Shown here piece after piece: positions 47,783 to 56,559 of a DNA stretch of 64,000 nucleotides; within the stretch, counting starts at the first letter, position 1, and every line of letters begins with the position of its first letter. The position numbers were made by a program, and so were the translations under genes. The notes beneath the pieces were generated by a model, which was not told the origin of the DNA, ran no database searches, and was given only the letters and a program-made list of their open reading frames with translations. Source of the stretch: a virus (taxonomy: Duplodnaviria; Caudoviricetes); the IMG/VR virus record IMGVR_UViG_3300028797_000143, positions 1-64,000 of that record. One strand, 5' to 3'.

Positions 47783-48211
47783 ATGGAACAGCAAGACAGA
47801 AACCAAGAGCTAAAGCGAAGGATAAAACAGCAATCGTGGCTAATAAATATATGGCTAATAGTTACAGTGACTATTGCAGTGCTCTTCGTGGTATTCCTCA
47901 TCCTTGGTGATTGGCTGAGAGCGTTTGACAACGCGCTTTGGCTCTTCGTTGCTTGGATGTATTGGAAACAAATGTGCGCGTCATCCGTTTTGATGAAACT
48001 CTTCATAGACCTGCAGACCTATTGCAAGCGTCTAACCGAAATCAACGAAATCCTAATCGATAAACTTGAAGGCAATGGAAAAGAAAAACTGAATGAATCC
48101 TTCGATAGATGTGTCACTCATCTTGCAAGGCTCCACGGCATGAAGGTATACGAAGTTCGCGAGGAGCTGAGAGAATGGCTCAGCAGCATCAATTGTTGCA
48201 ATGGCTCCTAA
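47783..48211 (+). CDS. Membrane protein
   Basis: Two hydrophobic segments; start moved to MEQQDR. Confidence 0.55.
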   Translation: MEQQDRNQELKRRIKQQSWLINIWLIVTVTIAVLFVVFLILGDWLRAFDNALWLFVAWMYWKQMCASSVLMKLFIDLQTYCKRLTEINEILIDKLEGNGKEKLNESFDRCVTHLARLHGMKVYEVREELREWLSSINCCNGS

Positions 48212-48246
48212 CCGAATGTTGCATGTCGGTGCAATTTGTTTCGTTC

Positions 48247-48293
48247 TTTTAACTATAATTATTTGCATATTTCGCGGAAAATTTGTATCTTTG
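48247..48293 (+). promoter_or_regulatory. Strong promoter P4 heading the modification cluster
   Basis: TTTTAACTA-N6-TTTG-N20-TATCTTTG. Confidence 0.85.
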
Positions 48294-48393
48294 CATGAAA
48301 TCAATGGATATTATGCTTAATAATAGTTAAATTAAAGGCATTTTGATGATAAAAAGTTCGATAAATCAATTAAACATGTAATTTTGCAAACAG

Positions 48394-49245
48394 ATGGAAA
48401 ACGAAGGTTATGACATCGACGTTCTTAGAGAGTTTATTGCCCGATGTGAATGGAAGTGGGCGAGGACAATGGAAGAGGTTCCTCATGAATACATCTATCG
48501 CGGAAGGTGTGCTCTCACGGACAAAGAGTTCTATTACTTTTTGAATGCTCAGGTGTATCATGGAATCGAAGAGTGGTGGGGAAAAGGCAAGCGCCCGTAC
48601 CTGCACATCGACGGATACAAGTATTGGACGATGGGAGGCTATGGCCCCGAGAACAGGACGATGAATCGGCAGAAAGAGTTCGATGAGTTCAATGTTTTTG
48701 AGTGGCCGATACCGTGTAACTATTCTCAGCAGGAGATGGAAATCATGGCGCTGACAATCGTCAAGACGTTTGGGAAGAGTGTCTTCGAGGCGGGTATTGC
48801 CAATGGCGACTTCGTGAAGATGTCGGGTATAAAGCCCGAAAACTATTATGGAGTAGACCCGGCCAAGAAAGCGGTAGCCCATTTTAGGATAGGGGCGGCT
48901 AAGTTCTACCAACGATGCTCATGCAAGTCCTTTGAAGAGGCGATAGCCAAATGGAAGAATGGCGAGAGTGTAGTGATAGCGTTATTCGGAACGGCGTCAT
49001 ACTTGATGCATCAATACCTTGAAAGGTTGAACGAGATAGGTGGTGACTATTGCCTGATGTTCTATCGCGAGGGGTATACTCCAGACGAGTATAAGGAGAT
49101 GCATCACATGGGCTATACAAAGAGTGACCTTCATAGAATGTTTCCAAGGGCCAATTTCTATAATCATCAAAAATACATCACAGTATCAAGTCAGAAGTTA
49201 ATATGGCAGCAGCCGATAACGGTTCCAGATTTATTCTCACAATGA
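48394..49245 (+). CDS. Two-domain protein: aromatic N-domain plus degenerate SAM-methyltransferase-like domain
   Basis: C-domain aligns by eye with next gene (YGVDP, IALFG.ASYL, LMFY). Confidence 0.6.
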   Translation: MENEGYDIDVLREFIARCEWKWARTMEEVPHEYIYRGRCALTDKEFYYFLNAQVYHGIEEWWGKGKRPYLHIDGYKYWTMGGYGPENRTMNRQKEFDEFNVFEWPIPCNYSQQEMEIMALTIVKTFGKSVFEAGIANGDFVKMSGIKPENYYGVDPAKKAVAHFRIGAAKFYQRCSCKSFEEAIAKWKNGESVVIALFGTASYLMHQYLERLNEIGGDYCLMFYREGYTPDEYKEMHHMGYTKSDLHRMFPRANFYNHQKYITVSSQKLIWQQPITVPDLFSQ

Positions 49246-49263
49246 TGTGATGGCAATGAAAGA

Positions 49264-49803
49264 ATGAATAATTCGAAATCCCAATACGACGAGATAGCTG
49301 AATGCTACGACACCCTGTTTACAGACGAGTCGAGTATCGCAGAGAACGCAGAGGTAGGAGAAATGCTCCTACCTCTTAGTGGTTCTGTACTTGACATAGG
49401 CTGTGGAACGGGGCTTCTAACCGAGATTGTTGACATTAACCCTGATAAGTATTGTGGCGTAGATCCAAGTGCCAAGATGTTGGGGAAGTTCAAGATGAAG
49501 CACCCGACGTACACCAATTTGGTGTGCGCCCCATATGACGGCTATTGTGTGGATTGTAACAAGTTCGACAATATCATCGCTCTCTTCGGTTCGGCTTCGT
49601 ATTTGGAGAATAAGGCTCTCATCAAGCTTGCCATAACCGATAAGCGCAAGTTTCTTATGTTCTACAAGGATAGCTATCATCCTGTGACCTATGAGATGTG
49701 TGGAGTCGAATTTGAACACAGCAGGCTCTCAAAGAAGATACTGTCTGCTATATTCAACAAGAATAAAGTAGAGGAGTTTAGGAACTATTTAATAGTAAGA
49801 TGA
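49264..49803 (+). CDS. Class I SAM-dependent methyltransferase
   Basis: VLDIGCGTG, GVDPS..M. Confidence 0.85.
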   Translation: MNNSKSQYDEIAECYDTLFTDESSIAENAEVGEMLLPLSGSVLDIGCGTGLLTEIVDINPDKYCGVDPSAKMLGKFKMKHPTYTNLVCAPYDGYCVDCNKFDNIIALFGSASYLENKALIKLAITDKRKFLMFYKDSYHPVTYEMCGVEFEHSRLSKKILSAIFNKNKVEEFRNYLIVR

Positions 49804-49804
49804 T

Positions 49805-50359
49805 ATGGACATACAGTTTATCGTAATGACCACGAGCTTTGGAGGCCGTGACATCTCTCACCTCCATGAAGCCATTCCGAATCTTATAGTTTGCAAGGAC
49901 TATAACCATGATGCAATGGGCAACTTCCTTAATTCCATGAATCTTACGGAAGACCCAGCCATCCACTTGGAGGACGATATAATCCTCTGCGACAACTTCT
50001 ACGAGAAGGTGATGGATGCTGTGAATCAGTACCCGGACTATATCATTAACTTCTTCTCGCTGCGAAAGAAGGACTACGAGCTGCGCAAGCCATATTTCGA
50101 GGCGGGGGCTAAGTTCATGATGAACCAATGCTTCTATATTCCTGCGGGTGTAGGCCCTCAGATTGCGGAGTTCTGGAAGACGTGGCCGCGGAAGGTGGAG
50201 CATCCTACAGGCTATGATATACTGATGGCTGATTGGATGAAGTCCAAGAAGATGAAGTACGTCCAGTGGTTCCCGCATCTTGTGAATCATGTGGAGTGTA
50301 AGTCACTCATCAACCCCAAGCGCAGCAGCAAGCGTTCCGACAAGTTTTTCACGAAATAA
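49805..50359 (+). CDS. GT-A-like glycosyltransferase (paralog 1)
   Basis: HLEDD, FPHLVNH. Confidence 0.65.
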   Translation: MDIQFIVMTTSFGGRDISHLHEAIPNLIVCKDYNHDAMGNFLNSMNLTEDPAIHLEDDIILCDNFYEKVMDAVNQYPDYIINFFSLRKKDYELRKPYFEAGAKFMMNQCFYIPAGVGPQIAEFWKTWPRKVEHPTGYDILMADWMKSKKMKYVQWFPHLVNHVECKSLINPKRSSKRSDKFFTK

Positions 50360-50366
50360 TATAAAT

Positions 50367-51110
50367 ATGGAGAATTACCTATCACAGATTGTAGTGATGA
50401 ACGTCTATCGGCGAGAGAGGGAAGGTAAGTACCTGAAGAAGCTCATAGACATCAGCGCAAAGCCCTATGGCATCCCCGTACAGATCTCGATGGACGACGG
50501 GAGCCTGGGCGTATGGAAGAACTTCTGTCAGACGTTGACCATGGACGGCGGCTTGGAGGATAAGCCCTTCCGAATGGTGGTACAGGATGATGTGTCTTTC
50601 GACCGTAACATCCTGCCGAAGATACAGCATATCTTGAAATATGCTCCGAAAGACAAGATTATCGTGCTCTACAACCCCACGAACACCGATTATCTCGAAT
50701 GTCACAAGCAGGGCAAGCACGTATTGGCCACCGACATCAACTTCTGGCTACAGGCCGCCATTTATCCAAACAGCTTCACGAAGGAGTTTGTCGAGACGAT
50801 GGACGTACAGGCCAAGGAGGAGCGTAACGATGATGACCGCCTCTCTGCCTACCTGCAGGTTCGCAAGGAGAAGCTGTTCGCCATTGTGCCGTCGCTCATC
50901 CAGCATTATGGTGCTTTCCGCAGCAACTTCAAGGTTTCTGGAGCCGTCGGCGGTGTCATTCGTAACAGCTCTACCTACGACAATCAGTTCGACGTGGAGA
51001 GTGTCGATTGGGAGGCTGAGTTTAATAATCCTTTTATCGCCAAGCTGCGCAAGGACTATGCTAAAGTGGTGATGAAGGAGGAGTTCCTTAAAGAATGGGG
51101 GAAGTTCTGA
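50367..51110 (+). CDS. GT-A-like glycosyltransferase (paralog 2)
   Basis: VVQDD, DDDRL, VPSLIQH; ATG 50367. Confidence 0.7.
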   Translation: MENYLSQIVVMNVYRREREGKYLKKLIDISAKPYGIPVQISMDDGSLGVWKNFCQTLTMDGGLEDKPFRMVVQDDVSFDRNILPKIQHILKYAPKDKIIVLYNPTNTDYLECHKQGKHVLATDINFWLQAAIYPNSFTKEFVETMDVQAKEERNDDDRLSAYLQVRKEKLFAIVPSLIQHYGAFRSNFKVSGAVGGVIRNSSTYDNQFDVESVDWEAEFNNPFIAKLRKDYAKVVMKEEFLKEWGKF

Positions 51111-51111
51111 T

Positions 51112-51570
51112 ATGGCTAACGAGAATCTTGCATTGAAGCTTGCCAAGGACGGCATTGAGGTTGAAATGATGAAGCCTCTAAAGATTGACTATGTGAGTGT
51201 GGACGACATCATGCCCAACGATTACAACCCTAACACTCATACAGCAGACTCATTCGACCTACTCATCAAGTCGCTGTTGTATTTTGGTTTCACACAGCCT
51301 ATCGTGGTACACCGCCCGACGATGAAGATTGTGGACGGCGAGAACCGCTATCGTGCGGCATGTGTCATTGGATATAATCTCGTCCCCGTCTGCTTCGTGG
51401 ACTTCGACGATGAGAAACTGAAGTACGCCACCATCATGCACAACATGGCGCGAGGCCATAACAATGACGAGATGATGAAGCGCCTGACAGACTACCTTGA
51501 TACCCATTTCGATTCGAAGACCGACAAGGTGCTGCTTACAGACCGCGACAAATACCGCAAACAGGAATGA
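51112..51570 (+). CDS. ParB/Srx-fold protein (IbrB-like)
   Basis: PNDYNPN...GFTQPIVV...IVDGENR...HNMARG. Confidence 0.85.
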   Translation: MANENLALKLAKDGIEVEMMKPLKIDYVSVDDIMPNDYNPNTHTADSFDLLIKSLLYFGFTQPIVVHRPTMKIVDGENRYRAACVIGYNLVPVCFVDFDDEKLKYATIMHNMARGHNNDEMMKRLTDYLDTHFDSKTDKVLLTDRDKYRKQE

Positions 51571-52265
51571 AGTACAAGTGTGACATCAAGTTTATGGCAG
51601 TGCCGAGCAGAATGCAAAACGTGGTGACGCTTTGCAATCAACTTGGCTTGTCTTATAACGATGTCGCTGTTGACCACGATATGCGCGGTCTGCCATTGCT
51701 TACGAGTCAGAAGGCTTTTTCTTTGCCACGTAAAGATGGAGTCACACATCGCCTCGTGCTACAGGATGACTTGATACTCAATCCCTATCTCATGGAGAGT
51801 ATACAAGCATTGGTCAATCGTTTTCCAGACAATCCAATAGCCCTCTATACTTACAAGCGTGAAGAGCACGACGCGGATTTGAAGCAGGGTGTTTACAAGC
51901 TTCATTTCATCCCCGGCCTCGCTATTATCATGCCGCTAAAGGTTATGGATGGTATTATTGAGGTTTATAAGGACTACCCACTATTTCGTGATGACGATTG
52001 GTTCTACAGCTGGTATTGCAAGCGCAATGACATCAAGTGTTATGGCGTGATACCAAATCTTGTGACCTTAAATTGGGACTTTGAATCCACGTTAGGTAAT
52101 AATGTCCTTAAACGCTATAAGAACAAAATATATACAGACCAGCGCGTAGATATAGCTTCTTTGAAATTGAACGCCGATACTTACGGCGACAAATATATCA
52201 ATCTTACAGACCGAGAATTTAATAGAATAAACGATGATTGTTGTAGACGTAGTAATTCCAACTAA
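51567..52265 (+). CDS. GT-A-like glycosyltransferase (paralog 3)
   Basis: VLQDD, DDWF, IPNLV. Confidence 0.65.
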   Translation: MKYKCDIKFMAVPSRMQNVVTLCNQLGLSYNDVAVDHDMRGLPLLTSQKAFSLPRKDGVTHRLVLQDDLILNPYLMESIQALVNRFPDNPIALYTYKREEHDADLKQGVYKLHFIPGLAIIMPLKVMDGIIEVYKDYPLFRDDDWFYSWYCKRNDIKCYGVIPNLVTLNWDFESTLGNNVLKRYKNKIYTDQRVDIASLKLNADTYGDKYINLTDREFNRINDDCCRRSNSN

Positions 52266-52899
52266 CACGTTGGATGAACAGATTAGAGCCATCACTCAGA
52301 ACTCGATTTACAGCCTGAAAAACAGTGAGACGAGTAATGTGAAGTTCAATGTTGTGGTGTGCGAGCAGAATAAGGATGCAGAGGATTACGACCAAGTAGA
52401 CCTTATGCTTCATTACGATTTCCCCTTCTGCTTCAATAAGGTGCTTAACTATGGTGCCAAGCATTGCTCGAACAAGTATATCATGTTCGTCAATAATGAC
52501 ATCATGTACTGCCGTGGCTTTATTATGCCACTATTGAGCGCCGCCATGATGGGCTATCAGTCACTCTCTCCTACAGATCCGCACAAAGATAAGCCGTGCA
52601 ACGAGCCTTTTGTGGAAGGGTATGGAATCGACCTCGAACTGAAAGGGTGGTTCATAGTCTGCGACCGTCAGATGTTCGACTCTATCGGCGGGTTCGATGA
52701 GAGCGTTGACTTCTATTGGAGCGACAACCTCTACAAGGAGCAGTTGAAGAAAGCACACATCAAACACGTCCGCGTCACCAACTCCTTCGCTGTACACTTT
52801 GGACGCTCTACGCTCCGCAAGCATGACAAGGAGAAACGTATTGAGCTTGCCGATGGACAAGGTGAGAAATTCTTGGAACTGACAGGACACAAAAGATAA
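52234..52899 (+). CDS. Family 2 glycosyltransferase
   Basis: VVIPT...FNKVLNYG...MFVNND...GGFDE..FYW.D. Confidence 0.85.
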   Translation: MIVVDVVIPTNTLDEQIRAITQNSIYSLKNSETSNVKFNVVVCEQNKDAEDYDQVDLMLHYDFPFCFNKVLNYGAKHCSNKYIMFVNNDIMYCRGFIMPLLSAAMMGYQSLSPTDPHKDKPCNEPFVEGYGIDLELKGWFIVCDRQMFDSIGGFDESVDFYWSDNLYKEQLKKAHIKHVRVTNSFAVHFGRSTLRKHDKEKRIELADGQGEKFLELTGHKR

Positions 52900-52903
52900 A
52901 GAT

Positions 52904-54076
52904 ATGATATTTTACGGAGAAAAGAATGTTTACGAAGCCGCACTCGACCGAATCCGATATATTTTCGACGAGTTCTACGGTAAACGTCCTATCATCGTCA
53001 CCATTTCTGGCGGCAAGGACTCTACGGTGACACTTTACCTTGTTCATGAGGTTATGATGGAGCGTGGTATCGAGAAGATACCTGTTCTCTTTCTCGACCA
53101 AGAGGCCGAAGCTCCACAAACCACAGACTACATCAGGGAGATTATGCACCTTCCATGGGTAGAACCATATTGGGTGCAGACCTATTTTAAGGAGTGGAAC
53201 GCCTCGAAGGGTGAATGGTTTAACGTATGGGGGCCTGGCGAGCAGTGGTGTCGTGAGAAAGAACCTAATAACCCCTATGCTGATATGGAACTGAGCACCA
53301 ACGTCTATTTCACAAAGACGCTCAGCTGTGTGCAGTATTCTCTCTTTGGCAAGAGTTTCGTATCCCTTGGCGGTGTGCGCATTGAGGAGTCTCCAGCACG
53401 TCTCTCAGGCCTTACCAACTGCGAGGTCATCGAAGGGACGGGTATCACATGGGGTAAGGGTGGTGGCTACTACAAGAATGGTGAGCCAAAGGCTATGGTA
53501 CTCTATCCGATATGGGATTGGAAGTGTTACGATGTTTGGTATTACATCTTCAGCAACCGAATCCCTTATTGCAAGCTTTACGACTATCTTTTCTCCGAGC
53601 AGCCATTACGTGACTGCCGTGTGAGTTCTCTTATCCACGAGCAAGCTATCAAGAATCTCGAAATCATCCGTCGTATTTCTCCTGAATTTTATGAGCGTTT
53701 ACAACGCCGTGTAAAGAATGTTAATTCGACAGTGCAGGTCTATGCCGAGTTGATACACTATATCAATTGGACTTTCCTTCCTAAGTACTTCAATTCATGG
53801 GAAGAGTACGTGGAATATCTTGCCGACAACCTTGTAGGCGACAAGACAAAGGTGCCAGGCATCAAACGCATGTACCATAATGCCCTTGATAGAGGGCTTG
53901 AAGGTGTAGGAAAGTGGGAGGAAGGCCGCGTCTTTGTGACGCGTCGCATCTCTCAGACAGCTGCCATCTGTATTCTTTCAGAAGATTTTGAGATGAAGCG
54001 CATACAGAATATTCAGCGCACCCTTCACGCTTATTACAACGAGAATTACGAAGCAATTAAAAACGCAAACAAATGA
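52904..54076 (+). CDS. PAPS-reductase-family protein (IbrA/YbdN-like)
   Basis: ISGGKDS, GVRIEES..R, YPIWDW...DVW. Confidence 0.88.
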   Translation: MIFYGEKNVYEAALDRIRYIFDEFYGKRPIIVTISGGKDSTVTLYLVHEVMMERGIEKIPVLFLDQEAEAPQTTDYIREIMHLPWVEPYWVQTYFKEWNASKGEWFNVWGPGEQWCREKEPNNPYADMELSTNVYFTKTLSCVQYSLFGKSFVSLGGVRIEESPARLSGLTNCEVIEGTGITWGKGGGYYKNGEPKAMVLYPIWDWKCYDVWYYIFSNRIPYCKLYDYLFSEQPLRDCRVSSLIHEQAIKNLEIIRRISPEFYERLQRRVKNVNSTVQVYAELIHYINWTFLPKYFNSWEEYVEYLADNLVGDKTKVPGIKRMYHNALDRGLEGVGKWEEGRVFVTRRISQTAAICILSEDFEMKRIQNIQRTLHAYYNENYEAIKNANK

Positions 54077-54732
54077 ATATAAGAGAAGAAATCAAGAAGG
54101 AGTTCGATGCCGCACAAGACAAGCTGGCATACCTGAACGACCTGAGAAAGTACATCAGTACGCTTTCTCCCGAGAATGTGAATCCCGTTGACTGCGTGCT
54201 TTGGGTTCCCAAGGAGCAGGTTGTGGCCAACAACTACAACCCCAACCATGTTGCCGACAAGGAGATGAAGCTGCTGTACACGTCCGTCAGAGAGGATGGC
54301 TATACCATGCCTATTGTGACTATCTGGGATGACAACCTGAAGAAGTACGTCATCATCGACGGATTCCACCGCAACCTCGTCATCCGTAAGTTCCCCGACA
54401 TCGATGCCCGCTGTAAGGGTATGTTACCTATCGTAGTACTCGACAAGGACATCGACCAGCGCATGGCCAGTACCATTCGTCACAACCGCGCCCGTGGCTC
54501 ACACTCCATTGACGGCACGGCGAATATCGTCTTCCAGATGTTGAAGGACGGCAAGAGTGAGCGCGAGATCTGCGAGAACCTTGGCATGGAGCAACGCGAG
54601 TTTGGCAAGCTGATGTTTGTGACGGGCTTTGCCAAAATCTTCAAGAACTATCATTACTCTGCCTGTGTGGAGAAGGTGGTAGACGAGAAACGAGTAGCAC
54701 GCGAAACGAAACAAAAAGAAGCGAAGAAATGA
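54073..54732 (+). CDS. ParB/Srx-fold protein (IbrB/YbdM-like)
   Basis: ANNYNPN...DGYTMPIV...IDGFHR...TIRHNRARGSH. Confidence 0.88.
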   Translation: MNIREEIKKEFDAAQDKLAYLNDLRKYISTLSPENVNPVDCVLWVPKEQVVANNYNPNHVADKEMKLLYTSVREDGYTMPIVTIWDDNLKKYVIIDGFHRNLVIRKFPDIDARCKGMLPIVVLDKDIDQRMASTIRHNRARGSHSIDGTANIVFQMLKDGKSEREICENLGMEQREFGKLMFVTGFAKIFKNYHYSACVEKVVDEKRVARETKQKEAKK

Positions 54733-55403
54733 ATATTCAGACAGTAAAGATTGGGGAGATTTACCCCTACTACAACAACCCTCGAAACAACGCCGACGCG
54801 GTACAGCCCGTTATTGAGAGTTTCAAGAAGTTCGGCTTCATCAAGCCTATCATGGTCGACAAGGACCATATCATCATCTGCGGTCATACACGTTACATCG
54901 CGGCCTTCCAGTGCGGCTGTGAGTATGTGCCTATCATCGTCAGCGATATGCCAGAGGAGCAGGCTAAGCGCTTCCGCATCCTCGACAATAAGATTGCTGA
55001 GAAGTCAGGCTTCGATGAGAACGAGCTGATAGAGGAGCTGAAGAAGATGGAGGCTCCCGAGGAGATGCAAGCATTCTTCTTCGAGGACATCAACCGCATG
55101 ATTAACTTCGACTTCAACCAGTTCCAGAACAACTTCAACGCTGCGGGTGGCGGTTTGCACGACATCACCGATTTCCAATATGAGGAAGGAGGCGGTGAGG
55201 ACTACCAGCCAGCACCGCAAGATACGACTGAATATGAGCCGTCCGAGGAATCTGAGGAAGAAGAGTTCAACACATTTAGTGAAGAAGACCCCGCCAAGGA
55301 CCTCTTCGTGGTACAGATGCGCCCCGATGCCACCAGATTCATGAAGGTGGTATGCCCCTATTGCGGAAACATTGAGGAAATCGACTTAGACATGGAGGAC
55401 TAA
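54729..55403 (+). CDS. ParB N-terminal domain protein with acidic linker and CxxC
   Basis: NNPR...GF..PI.VD...GHTR...RILDNK; CPYC. Confidence 0.85.
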   Translation: MNIQTVKIGEIYPYYNNPRNNADAVQPVIESFKKFGFIKPIMVDKDHIIICGHTRYIAAFQCGCEYVPIIVSDMPEEQAKRFRILDNKIAEKSGFDENELIEELKKMEAPEEMQAFFFEDINRMINFDFNQFQNNFNAAGGGLHDITDFQYEEGGGEDYQPAPQDTTEYEPSEESEEEEFNTFSEEDPAKDLFVVQMRPDATRFMKVVCPYCGNIEEIDLDMED

Positions 55404-55406
55404 ACT

Positions 55407-56018
55407 ATGGCACAAGACATCAAATTAAAGAAGGAAATCGTAGAGGTTGACATCAACCAGATTACCCCCTACGAAGGTTCGCATAAGACAGACGCGAGTA
55501 TCAACCTGCTCATCGAGAGTATCAAGGACTTCGGCGTGAACCAGCCTATCACCGTAGATAAGAACTACGTTGTGGTGACGGGAAATGGCGTTTATAAGGC
55601 CGCAAAGGAGGCGGGGCTGACCAAACTCCCGTGTATCATCCTTGATGACCTCACAGACGAGGAAATCAAGCAATATCGTATTGCGGACGATAAGACACAG
55701 GAGTTCGCCACATGGAACGAGAAGAAACTCCGTCAGGAGCTCTCTTACCTCCAAGACCCGACGTCGATGCAGATGTACTTCGATGAGAGTATCGTCGGTA
55801 TGCTCGGCCTCGATGCGAAGGTGAAGCAGAATCCTATCGTCTCGACACAGCAGACAGAGACAGCCGGTATTGTCAATGCAATGACAAAGGCCGAGAAGGA
55901 CAAGAAGTTCAAGGAGGAACTGAACAACGTCAATGCAAGTATGAACATACAGCCCGCCGAGTACTTTGAGTACCATTGCTCGAAGTGTGGCCGTCTGGTA
56001 AAAGTAAAGGTAAACTGA
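55407..56018 (+). CDS. ParB N-terminal domain protein (degenerate) with CxxC
   Basis: GVNQPITVD..GNG...RIADDK; CSKC. Confidence 0.8.
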   Translation: MAQDIKLKKEIVEVDINQITPYEGSHKTDASINLLIESIKDFGVNQPITVDKNYVVVTGNGVYKAAKEAGLTKLPCIILDDLTDEEIKQYRIADDKTQEFATWNEKKLRQELSYLQDPTSMQMYFDESIVGMLGLDAKVKQNPIVSTQQTETAGIVNAMTKAEKDKKFKEELNNVNASMNIQPAEYFEYHCSKCGRLVKVKVN

Positions 56019-56019
56019 T

Positions 56020-56559
56020 ATGGCAAACGACAACAAAATGGCAGGATTGGTACACTCCATGCCATCTCCTGTAGGTCACCCTCCACGCTTTAAGACGCCG
56101 AAAGCACTATGGGATAAGTTCGTGGAATACTGCGATTGGATTGATGGTAATCCGTGGCAGGAGAAGACCGCATCTAACGTCCTTGACTCTATTGGCGCTG
56201 GCGAAGAACAGAAACAGAAGAACGCTCTTCGTCAGAATGTGGTAGTAACCCAGAGGGCCTATACTCTATATGGCTTCTGCGCCTATGCAGGCATCCATTA
56301 CAAATGGGCCGACTTCCGTAAGAACTATATCGATAAGACGGGGTTTCCACCTGTCATTGAGCAGATTGAGAATGTCATCTGCGCCCAACAGGTGGATGGA
56401 GCTATGATCAATAAGTTCAACTCTAACCTCGTGGCACGCCTTAACGGATTCGCCGATAAGCAATGGATGGAGCTGACAGGTCGCGGTGGCGATGACTTCA
56501 AGTGGCCTAAACTCACAGATGCGGACATAAAGTATCTTAAAGATGTAAACGGTTTATAA
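56020..56559 (+). CDS. terS: Terminase small subunit (P22 gp3-like)
   Basis: G.PPRFKTP..LW...Y..W...P; F.SNLVARLNG; directly before TerL. Confidence 0.8.
   Translation: MANDNKMAGLVHSMPSPVGHPPRFKTPKALWDKFVEYCDWIDGNPWQEKTASNVLDSIGAGEEQKQKNALRQNVVVTQRAYTLYGFCAYAGIHYKWADFRKNYIDKTGFPPVIEQIENVICAQQVDGAMINKFNSNLVARLNGFADKQWMELTGRGGDDFKWPKLTDADIKYLKDVNGL

Noticed and set aside
49264-49803. DNA adenine or cytosine methyltransferase
   Set aside because: Lacks DPPY/NPPY or PC catalytic motifs; short small-molecule-type fold
54729-56018. ParABS partition system
   Set aside because: No ParA ATPase and no ParB HTH domain; these are N-terminal ParB/Srx domains only
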